Positions 26,717-39,005 of a stretch of DNA of 64,000 nucleotides are shown here, piece after piece; position 1 is the stretch's first letter, and each line of letters starts with the position of its first letter. Below the pieces are notes generated by a model that worked only from the letters and a program-made list of their open reading frames with translations, was not told where the DNA came from and made no database searches. The position numbers were made by a program, and so were the translations under genes. The stretch lies in NCBI GenBank assembly GCA_047967505.1, contig CM106538.1. One strand, given 5' to 3'. This stretch comes from Dipteris shenzhenensis. Taxonomy: Eukaryota.

Positions 26717-28354
26717 ATGCAAGAGTTTGATATACAATTGACATATAGGAAAGGGAAGTTTAATGTGGTAGTAGACTCTCTTAGCCGAATGCCAATTGTT
26801 AATGAATTGAGTTTTACTCAATTTCAAAATGATTTCCTAGAGTCCTTAAAAGGGAAATGTGAATTTGATCCTCACTTCTCTGAAATATGGAAAGCAATTA
26901 AAAACAGGGATCCAACTAATCGAGAGGCTTTCACTGAGGAGTCGCATGGAAATGGCGACACACCACAGGTTGGTGATAAAGGACTCAAGTGGAGAAAATA
27001 TACTATTGAAGATGGCTACCTACTCTACAAGGGCAGAGTATGTGTCCCGGATGATAATGACATTAGGCGCCAAATCTTTTTTGAATGTCATGATAGTCCG
27101 AGTGCTGGACACCCGGGAATTCAAAAGACATATGTACTTCTGAAAAGACAATTCTTTTGGCCTGGAATAGGTAAGGACGTCCAAGATTATGTATTGAAGT
27201 GCCAAAAATGCCAGGTCAATAAGGCTGAACACCTTAAGGTAGGAGGTCTCCTACACCCATTGGAGATTCCATCGGGCAAATGGGAAAGCATCTCCATGGA
27301 TTTCATTGTGGGACTACCTAGGACACAGAGGGGGCACAACTCTGTGTGGGTAATTGTGGATCGGTTGACCAAGATGACTAATTTTGTTCCTGTCAATGAA
27401 GATGTTAAAACTCCAGAATTAGCTAGGATATTTGTGAAGCATATCTATAGACTGTATGGGTTACCCGCCGGTATTGTTAGTGACCGGGATAGCAAATTTA
27501 ACAGCCATTTTTGGAGGGCTGTGTTTAAGAGGTTGGAAACTTCATTGAATATGAGCACTGCGGATCATCCACAGAGTGATGGTCAAACTGAAAGGGTCAA
27601 TCAAATCATTGAGGATATGCTTCGAGCATATGTAAATAAACGGCAAACTAATTGGGAACAGTATTTGCCCATATTAGAATTTGCATATAACAGTGCCAAA
27701 CATTCAGCTATAGGTTTTAGTCCATTCATGATGATGTATGGATTTCAACCTAGAGCCCCAATGACAGTGGGACTTGAAAAAGAGAAGGTTCAAGCGGCCA
27801 AAGACTTTCTTGAGGATATGAATCAAATGCTTAAGTTAGCTAAAGATAGCATAAGAAGAGCTCAAGATAGAGCACAAAGTTATGCAAACCCCCACCGTAG
27901 AAAGTTGGAGTTTGAAGTAAATGAGAAAGTCTACCTTAAGGTACCTGAATCTTCAGAATCTCTAAAAATAGGTAAATGTCCGAAGTTATCTCCTAGGTAT
28001 TGTGGACCATTCACAATACTTAAGAGGATTGGAGAACTTGCTTACAAATTAGCCTTACCTAAGGGATGTAGAGTACATCCAGTTTTTCATGTTAGTAGGC
28101 TAAAAAGAAAAGTAGGAGATGATGATAATCTCATTGGAAATGAAGTCCTAGTTGAACTTATTGAACCCGCATCTTTACCACATGAACCAGAAAGAATTTT
28201 AGATACGCAAGAAAAAAGAACGCGACATACTATATGGAAAGAATGTCTGATTAAGTGGAAAGATAGATCTGAAGAGAGTTCAACATGGGAAAAGGTAAGT
28301 AATCTCCAGAGGAGGTTTCCCAATTTCGTTTTCGAGGACGTAAACAATTCTTAA
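26717..28354 (+). CDS. pol: Integrase with C-terminal chromodomain (uninterrupted part of pol)
   Basis: HDSPSAGHPG...CQKCQ, ISMDFIVGLP, IVSDRD, HPQSDGQTERVN, YCGPF, EPERILD...CLIKWKDRSEESSTWE. Confidence 0.95.
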   Translation: MQEFDIQLTYRKGKFNVVVDSLSRMPIVNELSFTQFQNDFLESLKGKCEFDPHFSEIWKAIKNRDPTNREAFTEESHGNGDTPQVGDKGLKWRKYTIEDGYLLYKGRVCVPDDNDIRRQIFFECHDSPSAGHPGIQKTYVLLKRQFFWPGIGKDVQDYVLKCQKCQVNKAEHLKVGGLLHPLEIPSGKWESISMDFIVGLPRTQRGHNSVWVIVDRLTKMTNFVPVNEDVKTPELARIFVKHIYRLYGLPAGIVSDRDSKFNSHFWRAVFKRLETSLNMSTADHPQSDGQTERVNQIIEDMLRAYVNKRQTNWEQYLPILEFAYNSAKHSAIGFSPFMMMYGFQPRAPMTVGLEKEKVQAAKDFLEDMNQMLKLAKDSIRRAQDRAQSYANPHRRKLEFEVNEKVYLKVPESSESLKIGKCPKLSPRYCGPFTILKRIGELAYKLALPKGCRVHPVFHVSRLKRKVGDDDNLIGNEVLVELIEPASLPHEPERILDTQEKRTRHTIWKECLIKWKDRSEESSTWEKVSNLQRRFPNFVFEDVNNS

Positions 28355-28365
28355 GGGGGAGGGAA

Positions 28366-28705
28366 TGTTACATCAACTATGATACCGTGACATCGGTATA
28401 ATGGGGAAACCACGAGGGCTTGACAATACTTACCTATGTGGCTAATAGGGTCTAGGGGGAAATCCTAGGCCTAGGTAATTAATGGAAGGGTGCACTAGTT
28501 GAACCTAAAGAGGGGTTTAATGGTAAGGTCCACTTGGACATATGGCACCATGAGGGATGGCCACTTGGGAGGTATTGGGCTAGGAGGGAGTATTCTAGAG
28601 GGAGCCAAAAAAAGAAAGAAGGTTGAGGAGGCTCCAAGAGAAAGGAATCCGTGGTCGGGTGGAACTCAATGCAGAGAAGCCCTCGAGGATACAGGTTTCT
28701 TAACA
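28366..28705 (+). repeat. 3' LTR of chromovirus
   Basis: Direct repeat of 22577-22916 with about 4 substitutions. Confidence 0.97.
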
Positions 28706-29099
28706 GGGAATGACCTCGATGGTCCGAGGATGGTCCCCCTTATAATGCTTAATATGCTCAAACCCCATGAGGTGAACAAAGGGATAGTAAGGGTCAAATC
28801 AGACCTCCACTGGCTATCATACGTAGATGCCATGACCGCTCACCATGAGTTCTCTTCCAATTGGGGAGCTAGGGTGAGCAAGATAGCCTCCCCGGTTGGC
28901 TCTATAAGTGCAAGGTAAGAGACCCCTTTAGGTCCAAAACTCCCTTTATCTAAAAGCTCAATTAAGGCCAAAAGGACCACTTCTCCTGCAGAAATAGAGG
29001 AGGACGCTGAAGAGAAGGAAGACCTACGACAAGCATTAGCCTACTACAAGGCCTACATGATCGAGGATTGCAAGATCTTATACCAATAGGCCAAGAGAT

Positions 29100-31890
29100 A
29101 ATAAGAAGATGGGTGCTCCCAAGGATATGAAGACCCAGCTCTAGTCAAGGAGGTAAACTTGGCTCTGAAAGGGCAGGAACCCCCAGCCTATATTTGTCTC
29201 GCCGATGGTCTCACCCCAAAGGAGGAGAATGCTTTGATAGCTCTCCTACAAGAATACAAGGACTGCTTGGCTTGGAAATACACCGATATGAAAGGGGTGC
29301 CCATTGAAGTAGTTCAACACATGATCCCCACGCTAGACGATGCCAGGCCGGTACGTCAATGCCCCTACCCTATGAATCCCAAGTACGCACTCATAGTGAG
29401 GGAGGAAATCCATTCATCTATGAGATTGAGCATTGAAGAAGAATGAAAAAATTAGAGTATGTGTGGATTTGAAAAAAGTTAACCCTGCTAGGCATGACCA
29501 CTACCCCTTGCCATTCACGGAACATGTCCTGGAAAGGGTAGCCAGAAAGGAAGCCTATAGCTTCCTAGACAGATTTTTTGGTTACAACCAAGTGTCCATC
29601 GCCCTACACGATCAACATAAAACAACCTTCACAATCGATTGAGGTGTGTATGTAGCTAGAGTTATGATATTTGGGTTGCTCGATGCACCTGCCACGTTCC
29701 AACGGATGATGATCATGGTATTCAAGGAGTACCTAAGAGACTTTGTGGAAGTCTTCTTGGATGACATATGCGTGAACTCAACGTGGGATGATCACCTGAA
29801 ATATCTCAGACTCAGGAGAAGTGCCAATTATACCACATATCCCTCACCTCTCTTAAGTGCCAAACATGGTGTAATTCTCGGCCACATAGTGTCCCAGAAT
29901 GGAATCTCTATGGATCACAAAAAAATCAAACTCATCTTGGAATTACCACCCCCCACCAATGCCAAGGGAGTCCAATGATTTACTGGCCACACAGGCTAGG
30001 TTCATCTTGTTCTATGCGAACATGGCCTGCCCATTATACTAGCTGCTAGTATCCTTTAAGTGGACTGGGGAATGCCAAAAATCCTTTGAAACCCTCAAAC
30101 TAGCCCTTCCCACCACACCGATGTTGAGAGCATCTGACTTGGATCTAATATTCCACATCCATATCGATGCTTCCAACTTTGCTATCAGGTGTCTGCTAGC
30201 CCAACCAAGGGAGAATAACTTAGACTACCCGGTGTACTTTGTGAGCCATCAATTGAATGAGGCCGAGATCAACTACACAACAACTAAGAGGGAAGGTATG
30301 GCCATGGTCTATGCAGTCAAGAAGTTTAGGCACTACTTGTTAGCCAACAAGTTCGTCTTCTTCATGGACCACCAAGCATTGTTATACTTGGTCAACAAGC
30401 CATGCATGATGGGGCGCATCACTAGGTGGATGCTAATCCTCTATGAGTTTGACTTCACAATGGTTGTATGTAAAGGGAAGATCCATGTCCTAGCCCACCG
30501 CCTGTCGAGAATCCCAAACGGCGAAGCCCCAATGGGAGTCAAAGATGACCTCCCTGATACTTCCTTATTCTTCATCAACATCATACGTGAATGGGCCACC
30601 GAGATCGGTCACTACCTAGTGAATAGCCTACCCCTGTACCAAGCTCTTAAGAAAGATAGAGACCACAAACTCATTAAGGATGCAGTGCCGTATCAGCTAA
30701 TTGTAGGCCAACTATACCGCATGGGCAAGGATGGCATCATGTGAAGATGTGTGTGTGAGCACGAATACATCAAGGTGCTTAAGGGAGACCACTCTGGAAT
30801 TGCAGGGGGGCATTTTTCCACTGCTGATGTTATAGCACATAAGGTACTCTAAGTTGGCCTTTGGTGGCCGACTCTCTTCAGAGATGTAGTCGAATTCATA
30901 AAGCGGTGCAACCCCTGCGAGCATGTACAAATCCCACATATGGTGGACATGATGCCCTTAATCGGATTCTTAAATGGTCAACCCTTTGAGAAATGGGACA
31001 TCAATTTCATTGGACCCATAAGTCTAGCAACTAAGGGAACCGGGGCCAGATACATCATCTTGGCCACCACAAATTACTTTACTAAATGGATAGAAGGGAG
31101 AGCCACCGTGAAGGTAGATGTGAGATCCACCGCCAAATTTTTATATGAACAAGTTACCACGTGGTTTGAATGTGAATGAGGAACCCATTTCCTCATCGAA
31201 ATGATAGCAGTCCTGACTATTGAATTCATGATCATACATAGGAAGTCAACACCATACTATCCTAGGGCGAATGGCTTGGCTGAGAGCTCCAATAAAACTT
31301 GCTATAAGATCATAACTTGTACAATAGAGGCTAGTTTTACTGACTAGTAGCATAAGCTCATTATAGCATTATGGGCCTACAGAACATCCTACAAGGTGGC
31401 CACACACTGTAATCCCTTCAGCCTAGCCTTTGGGGTAGAGGCGGTTATGCCAATGGACTATGTAGTGCCTAGCCTCCATCTTACCGTCAAAAGGAAGAAT
31501 GCATTGGAAAAATGGTTAGTCGACCTTGAAAGGTTGGAAGACACAAGGTTGCGTGTAGCCTACTGCCTTTGGGTGGAGAAGGCCTAACGCAAAAAGTGGT
31601 TTGACTGCAACCTCAAGAACAAAGACCTTGTAGAGGGAGATTTGGGACTCCTCTATAGCATCCACAATACCAAGTGTAAGCTCAAGTACTGAGGTATGGG
31701 TCCCTACCATGTGGTTGAGATCACTCCACAAGGGGCGTGCAGAAAAGCCACCCTTGATGGAATAGAAATGAATGGTTACCTTAATGGGAGAAAATTAGAA
31801 AGATACTACAGACCATTCACACTGCCTACCCTTCAAGCCATCCATAGAGAAAGAGAACTCAAGGCCGAGGTAGCCAAGATGAAATGCTAG
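29100..31890 (+). pseudogene. pol: RT-RNase H-integrase of the old gypsy
   Basis: IRVCVDLKKVN, DHYPLPF, GYNQV, FLDDICV, HIDASNFA, KKFRHYLL, PFEKWDINFIGP, YYPRANGLAE, GPY module. Confidence 0.93.
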
Positions 31891-31980
31891 GCCATCAAAG
31901 AAGATAGATCACGTAATGCTAAGCTCAGACAGTGTAAGCAAATGACACTACTTAAGGCAACACTTGAACAACCAGGACTA

Positions 31981-32360
31981 GTAGATGAGCTAATGATAGG
32001 ACCGGCTAGGTTGCATGTTCAACTGCAGGGCCCACACATGTTCATTAGAGCACTCATGGATCTGAGAGGTGAGCCACAACTTCATCTCCCATGAAGTATG
32101 GGAAAAGCTACAAGTACCCCTAAACATCACTGTTGCTTCAATAAGGGCTATCAATGGCCAACTCATAAGCACCTTGGGTTTTGTGAACTTAAGTCTAACG
32201 ATTGTTTGCCAAGTAGTAGAAATATGCTTTTATGTTTCCCCATAGAAGCAATTGACAAACAGATCAAGGACTTGGTGTTATGCCATGAACTGTCAGATAG
32301 ACTGGCATGCCCAGACAGCTTCTCTCACAAATGGTGGTAGAACTGTGGTAGTTCCACTGC
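31981..32360 (+). pseudogene. Second retropepsin-like aspartic protease domain downstream of integrase
   Basis: Manual translation across frameshifts: FIRALMDL(R/G)VSHNFISHEVWEKL...IRAINGQLISTLGFVNLSLTI...ICFYV...RTWCYAMNCQIDW. Confidence 0.75.
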
Positions 32361-34008
32361 GTGAACCAAGTCCTGCTCCTTCAGTTTCACCCTCGCCAAC
32401 CCAAGACAAAGAAGTTATACAAAGAGTGGACCTGAAGCCCGATCCACCTCCAATCCCCCAAAAAAAGTCTAACATCGAAGGGAATAGAAGGCCAACCATT
32501 GTGGAAACTCGATGCTATTGCCGATTTTGCCGCCATTGGCATCCCCCACTCAGGAAAGTCGTGAATAGCAAGTACAAGAGGCTATTCTCTATGTCAATGC
32601 TACTTCAACCAGAATCGACGCCCAGAGGGAATCCAAGCAGCACAAAAGTCCCTAATCTCTCCAGAGACGTCTCTACCAAAAGCATTCTTGCCAAGAAGAA
32701 GGACACAATGCCATCCTGTGCTTCGGACTCCATACTCCAATCCACCTCCTCAACCACAACATCCCCCCAAGCACTGGGCCCCCACCAAGACCAAGGCAAG
32801 CATGTTGTCTGGGTGCTGAAGTTTAAGTTACAAATAGCAAAGATTCTGAAGGTAGCAACACAAGAACCTGTGTCGACCCAGAACCACTAGAACCTACCGA
32901 CGAACTGACCGCATCAAACAAGGCCCAAAATCCCAAATGTGCTCTATTACCATGAATCATCCAACTCAACATGAAAATTGCCCAAGACAACGAAGGAGCA
33001 ACACAAGAACCGGCCCCTACAATGCGGGGTGTTACATAAGAACCTCTCTCCAAATCTGAAGGTGCACCCTCAAGGGTAGTTACGATCATACCATCTCCAA
33101 CGGTGTTGTCTAACTCACGAGAGCAAATATCTTCGCCGAAGGCGGTCACACAAGAACCCGCTTCTCTCATGACAAAGGACCATCCCGCGAGGACTCTTTA
33201 TAATGCCAATGTACCTCTGGCATCCAAGATAAGACACAAGCTAGACACATGCTCTACATGGCTTTTAACATGCTATGTAGTAGCAGGATGTCCGTCTACA
33301 CTGCCTGCCTCATGATCATCGAGTCGAGTTCTAGGTGAGTCAGTACAGTAGGCATGTCACCCAACGCACCCGCAGCCCACAAGTCACTACCTTAAACATA
33401 CACACGTGTGCATCCATGGTCAACACTAGGTGATTGGGGTCAATGCGTCCCTTTTGCATTTTTTCACAATCTTGCATACTGACCTCACAATCCGCCCCAC
33501 TCCTCACCTATACACCCCACCCATTCCTTTCTCTCTCCCACCTTCCCACTCCTTCCCACATTTCCCCCTCTTCCCCTTTCCCTACTCTTCTTAGCCAGTA
33601 TCTCACCGGTTGTTGCTATAGCGCTATCTTGCCGACCGTCGCCATTCATAGATCCCATCAACTATCGCCACAATAGTACCCCTCTAGCCATCGCCATTCA
33701 CAGATCCCGCTGACTATTGCCATTCATAGATCCCACCGACCATTGCCATAATAGTACCCCGTCGACCGTCACCATAACAATACCCCACCAACCGCCACCA
33801 TTCACAGATCTTGCCGCCCGTCATCACCATGATAGTACTCTGCCAACCGTCACCTTACAACATCTTGCCAACCGTGTGAGTAGTAAAATCTATATAAAGG
33901 AGACGTATCCCATCGAGTTGTCGCCATAGCAGTTTCTCCCAGACTCTGCTAAAATTCTGTTCTCACAACCCCCTGTCCTCTTCCACACAGCAATCCAACA
34001 ATTAGTTT

Positions 34009-35050
34009 ATGTCCTCAAATTCTTCCTCTTCCACCGATTCCCTCATCACTTGGTTACCCTCATTCTTTCCCATGGATGGATCCGAAAAATGAATTCTTCG
34101 AGTTCGAGATGGAGCTGGGACTCCACCCTCGACCTCCTATTCCACAGGCCATTGATCCCTCCGACTCACGAAGCATGCCCTCTGGCCTCCAAATACCCAA
34201 TTGAGGATTTGCAAGCAAATGAGGAAGTGTCTATGTGACAGGGCACCCAAGAGGGTCCGACAATGGTAGGCACACCCCCCTTAAGGACTTCAAGAAAGCG
34301 CACCTAGGCTCCCACACAAGGAGAGTACAAAGTCTTGCACTCACAAACACACTCACTGCTCGAGGAGGCCTAACTTCAAGAACTAGATGCATGCACCATT
34401 CACTCTCGCTACGCTTATGAGGGGCACGATTACACCCTCCACTACCACATAGGAGTAGCTTACGTGGCACTAAAGGAGCCAGCAGTGCAAGATGCACTAG
34501 TAATTGTTGCAGGCCTGGGCGTAGTGGGGCAGATCGCCTTATCATCACCTCCTTCATCTTCTCCATCTTCTTCCATATTTCACTTTCTTTCTCTCCAAAA
34601 CTTGCAGAGCTTAGTTCTCCCACTACATGCAACCATTGTTGGAATCCTCTCAGCCATAGACTCAGGCTTGTATGGACAAACCTACAATAGCAAGTAATTA
34701 GCCAAACATGGACTATATGTGTCGTGCCACGACAATCTCTATCCACCAAACTTTCATGCAATTCCATTGCCAGAGAACAAACTTCTCTAATTCCTTCAAG
34801 CCACAGTTGAGTGACGGTATAAGAAGTCTTGAGTGCAGGTTTGAGATCATTTGGTCCATTGACCAAGGAGAATTCTACAAAAATCCAGTCGTTTTTCATC
34901 AGCGTTTCTCGAATGAAATTGCGTGCCATTTTGTCCATGCTTCATACTGGATACTCTCCTCAGTAAGAGCTTCCATTTCACTATAAATGCCCCTTGGTTG
35001 CTACTCAAGATAGGTCGAATTTGATCGTCTAGTCTCTGTTTTCTCAATTT
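34009..35050 (+). pseudogene. Decayed 3' extra ORF of the old gypsy, function unknown
   Basis: ATG 34009 (MSSNSSSSTDS) after a pyrimidine-rich spacer; the frame of ORF 34464-34697 extends both ways through TAA/TGA stops compatible with CAA/CGA decay. Confidence 0.45.
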
Positions 35051-35690
35051 GGCGGTCCCTCTCAAATTTCCCTCATGGCTGAAGCATTGCAAGAGGTTAG
35101 ATGCTCAAAAGTTTCAGTACTTTATTGTTTTTACTTGACATTGATGGGTGTTGGTCATATGAGTAGATGGATGAAGTATTTAATGCTCCAAAATTGGTTT
35201 ATCACCTATGAAAATCATGTTTTTCAAGACATATGCTTACATGAGGGAAGAGTATATCATGATTGGCATGATGGTTTCCAATGGATATGATTGGAATGAA
35301 GGTTTCAACTACAACCATTATGCTTCTTATTTCGAAGATGCCATAGTTATGGTTTCAACATCTTTCATGATGTATGAAATGTACTTGCATTTGGTTGATT
35401 GCATTATGCCATACATTCATGAGCTTCTATGTACAAGATTAGACAATGTCCTTGTTTTACTAACAAGTGGAAAGACCCTGTTCATATTTGATTTATGTGA
35501 AGGCATATGGGATGCATGTGATCATGTACTTGAAGTCAACTTTCCTAAAGCTACTCATTTGGTAGCATACCTCATCAAAGGGCAAAGGAGTTACAAAAAG
35601 AAGGGCTACACCAAGAACCTCTCCAATGACAATGTACCTCACACTATGGTAGCTTGGAAGAGAAGGAGGAAAAGGATAAGATATGCCATC

Positions 35691-36315
35691 AAAGGGGGGA
35701 ATTTCCCCACATCTTCAAAGTAGATTTTGTTTGTGTGTGTGGTCAATAAGGGTTCTTTGCCTTGGGATGTCCCCCTCAAATGATTGTTAGTCTTATGTTT
35801 TACCTTGCTGGATCTAAGGGTATTCCCATGCATAGTCATTGTCTATCTCCCAGTTGTAAACCAAGAGTCCTATGAGTGAGTCACAGGTTGGGGCCATGTG
35901 TGTTGGCACATGATGGTGGGCAAGCCATGGAGGATCCCATGTACTACTGCTAAGGGATGAGGTCATCAATTTGTGGGGGGGAATGAAGGACAAATTGATG
36001 TAATGGGATCATACCTAGGGTCCTAAGGTCTATAATTGTGAGTGTGTGAACACATGGTGTGTGTAGGTGTGCTTGAGTTAGGTGTGACTAATGATATATC
36101 AGTTAGTAGGTGTGAATGAGGGAATCTAGGAGTGTGGTGTGTGATTGAGAGATAATTGTGGATCTAGAGATGCTCTCTTGAGCTCACATATGATGTCACA
36201 CTTGGATGTAACTTGTGCCTATATATTGGGCATACCTTTCATGTGAATAAAATCTTCTCCCTTTTCATCATCTTGCTCTCTCCATCTTGGCTCTAGGCTC
36301 CTCCAACACAAAGTG
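35691..36315 (+). mobile_element. Possible PPT plus LTR-like sequence of unassigned family
   Basis: AAAGGGGGGA at 35691-35700, GT-rich tract, AATAAA at about 36246, CT-rich tract ending CCAACA; no partner LTR in the window. Confidence 0.35.
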
Positions 36316-36465
36316 TGCCAACAAAAGGATCCCTTTCTTGCAATCTAAGCATGTATTTCTCAACCCCTTTTGCATCTCTCAGCCTAACACAAGCCTTCAA
36401 CTGTGGCTCACATGAGTAGCCCCACATGAGTTACATTGATGCTCCGTTTGTTGCACATCTACCTA

Positions 36466-36751
36466 GGGGGACACTATGTAAAAAACCCATATAGCACGTG
36501 CAATCAACGGGTATTAAAAAAACCCCTACCTATGCATTTCTATAACCTAAATCCCCTACCTATGGATTTCTATAACCTATATACACCCCTTTTGTAAATG
36601 TTGAGATGATTAAAGTATTCCTTATGTATGACAATTTTCACTTTTTGAATTAAAAAGCCCCTTATGTATGTATATTTTTTGTACTCCATAAAAATATAAA
36701 ACCCCTTCTGTTGATCGCACATGGTATCTTACATATTTCTTAGTGACACCC
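36466..36751. mobile_element. MITE-like element, copy 2 (inverted relative to copy 1)
   Basis: GGGGGACACTA...TAGTGACACCC; reverse complement aligns over the full length of 10694-10949, with an extra internal duplication of about 30 bp. Confidence 0.75.
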
Positions 36752-37589
36752 TTTCCCTCCTCCCTCCCTCCCAGGTAAAACTAGTATCACATCACAACAA
36801 CAATCCATAGATTATGTAGAAAATTACCTCACAGCCATATCCTAAGTCATATACTTGGCTAATGAATTCCTACTTCAACTCTCTTCTCTTGTTGCCTTCT
36901 AGGATTTTTGCCAAAATGGAAAATTTGAAGACAAAATGCTCTTGCACTCATTTATCAATCATAGCTACCAAGAGAGGAAATGTTGGAAATTTGTAGGGGT
37001 TCATACAAACACAAGTTAAAATAGGATGAAAACACTCACAGCTACTCTATCTTTGTTGTAAGTTTATCCACAACAATGACTTGATCCACAATGCCTGCCT
37101 ACATCTATATCCACCTTCTATTGTGCCCATGACATGAGAAATATTTGCCTTTCTTGATTTGATCGACAATGATACTCAAGGGATGTACAAAGTGATTGTT
37201 GTTTTCGTCAAGAATCTTATCTTCCCCTAGAAAGGCTCACCCTTTATTATCACCCTGGTAACATCCACATGCAAAGAATAATTGCAAATGGCACCTTCAG
37301 TAGTTTCTTTTCTACATGGATGATTTTTTCCTATTTGTTTTTCTTAAGAGATAAAGCTTTTATATTGGTATCAAAAGTTTATATGCTCGAATGATTTGAA
37401 ACTTTTATGAGAAAAAATTTAAAGTTTCCTCAAGACTTACAAAATTTTCTTCAACATTCAAAAGAAAATATTGAAAATTGTAATATGTTTTATCAATGTT
37501 ATGAAACTAAAAAGCTTGCTCGATAAAATTTTACCATGATTTTATATTAATATATAAGTATGGCTTCAATAAAAATATCCTTGCTTTGC

Positions 37590-39005
37590 TAGGTACTGTT
37601 GCTCACTCAATCCTATAGTAGGAATGAATTTCCAAGAAGGAAACTACCTCTAATAAAGTTTACCTCATGAAGAGGTTGTTTGAGCTGCAGATCAAGGAAG
37701 GGGTCTCCATTGCTTCTCACTTGAATGAATTCAATATTATTTTCAGCTAGCTTTAAGCTCAGCAGCTGAATTTTGATGTAGAGACTAAGGCAATATTCCT
37801 CTTATGTTCATTGCCATCCTCATGCGATACCTTTTGTACAACTATCACAGTAACTCTGTATCTGGTGGAGTACTGAAGTTTGATGATGTTGTGGGTTGCT
37901 TGTTGGCTTAGGAGATTAGAGGGAAGTCTATGGATGGCAACAAGTAGGATGCAACCTTAAATGTGCAAAGGGGTAGATCATAGTTTAGGGGGAAGTCCCA
38001 AGAAAGAGGGAAGTCTCATAGCAAATCTAGGGCATAGAACATTGAGTGTTACCACCATTGTGGCAAGAAAGGCCACATGAAAAAGGATTGCTACAAGCTG
38101 AAAAAGAGCAAAAGGATAAGAAAAAAAAAGAAAATCGGGGTGCAAATAAGAAGGAAGAGAGTCCAAGGGCAGATAAAGGAAAAGTGAAGATCGAGGAGAT
38201 CAATGTAGTCATCACTGATAATAGTGACAACAATGACATTCTCTTCATGTCTAGTCTACCTGCATAGTTGCTTACCACTTTAGATGACTCATAGGGAATG
38301 GCTCTCCACTTATGATAGTGGAAAGACAGGTTGTGTGCATCTTGGAAATAACTGTGCATGTAACATAGTGGGAGAGGGTGACATAAAGTTTTCTTTTGCA
38401 AATGGGTCTACATTTGTTTTGAAAAATGTGAGACATGTGCCTAAGATGACCAGTCTCATTTTAGCAGGTCAACTAGATGATGTTAGTTTTTAGACCACCT
38501 TTGGCTTTCAAATTTGAAAAATTCAGAAGGGCTCTATGGTTTTGGCAAGAGATGCCAAGTGTGGGACATTGTGTCCCTTACATGTATTAGGGGTGTCTGA
38601 TCATGTTGTTGCAATAACCAAGAAGCCAAGTACTTCTTTGTAGCATTGCCGGTTGGGGCACATGAGCCAGAATGGGATGAAACTCTTATGCCTTTTGGGT
38701 TATGTACAACATTTGAGTTTTTCTGACTTTGAATTTTGTGAGCATTGTCTCTATGGGAAGCAGACTAAATCACCCCATAAAAGAAGGGGAAAGAAAGAGC
38801 TTGAAAAGCTTGATCTGGTGCATTCAGATGTATGTGTGGTCCCATGCCTACATGGTCATTAGGCAGGGCTGAATACTATGTGACATTCATTGATGATGCA
38901 ACTAGGAAAGTATGGTCTTATGCTATAGCTCACAAGAGCGATGTGTTCCAGATATTTTAGAAATGGCTGGCTTTGGCTGAAAATCAATCAGGTAGAATGC
39001 TTGAA
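37590..39005 (+). pseudogene. Copia gag-PR-integrase fragment
   Basis: HLNEFN, CYHCGKKGHMKKDC knuckle, LKNVRHVP, GHMS...[27 protein letters not shown]. Confidence 0.9.

Larger units (their letters stand above)
22577..28705 (+). mobile_element. Structurally complete chromovirus Ty3/gypsy with internal deletions
   Basis: Paired 340-bp LTRs, TSD GGGAA (22572-22576, 28706-28710), PBS, PPT AAGGGGGAGGGAA 28353-28365, gag-PR-RT-RH-IN-chromodomain. Confidence 0.97.
19600..35050 (+). mobile_element. Old non-chromovirus Ty3/gypsy (Athila/Tat-side lineage), interrupted by the element at 22577-28705; LTRs not identified
   Basis: Order gag, PR, (insertion), RT, RH, IN, then extra coding; many C-to-T type stops and frameshifts. 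Confidence 0.85.

Noticed and set aside
35075-35723. 171-aa ORF as a host gene
   Set aside because: Met/Tyr/His-rich composition typical of decayed retroelement sequence; no recognisable domain
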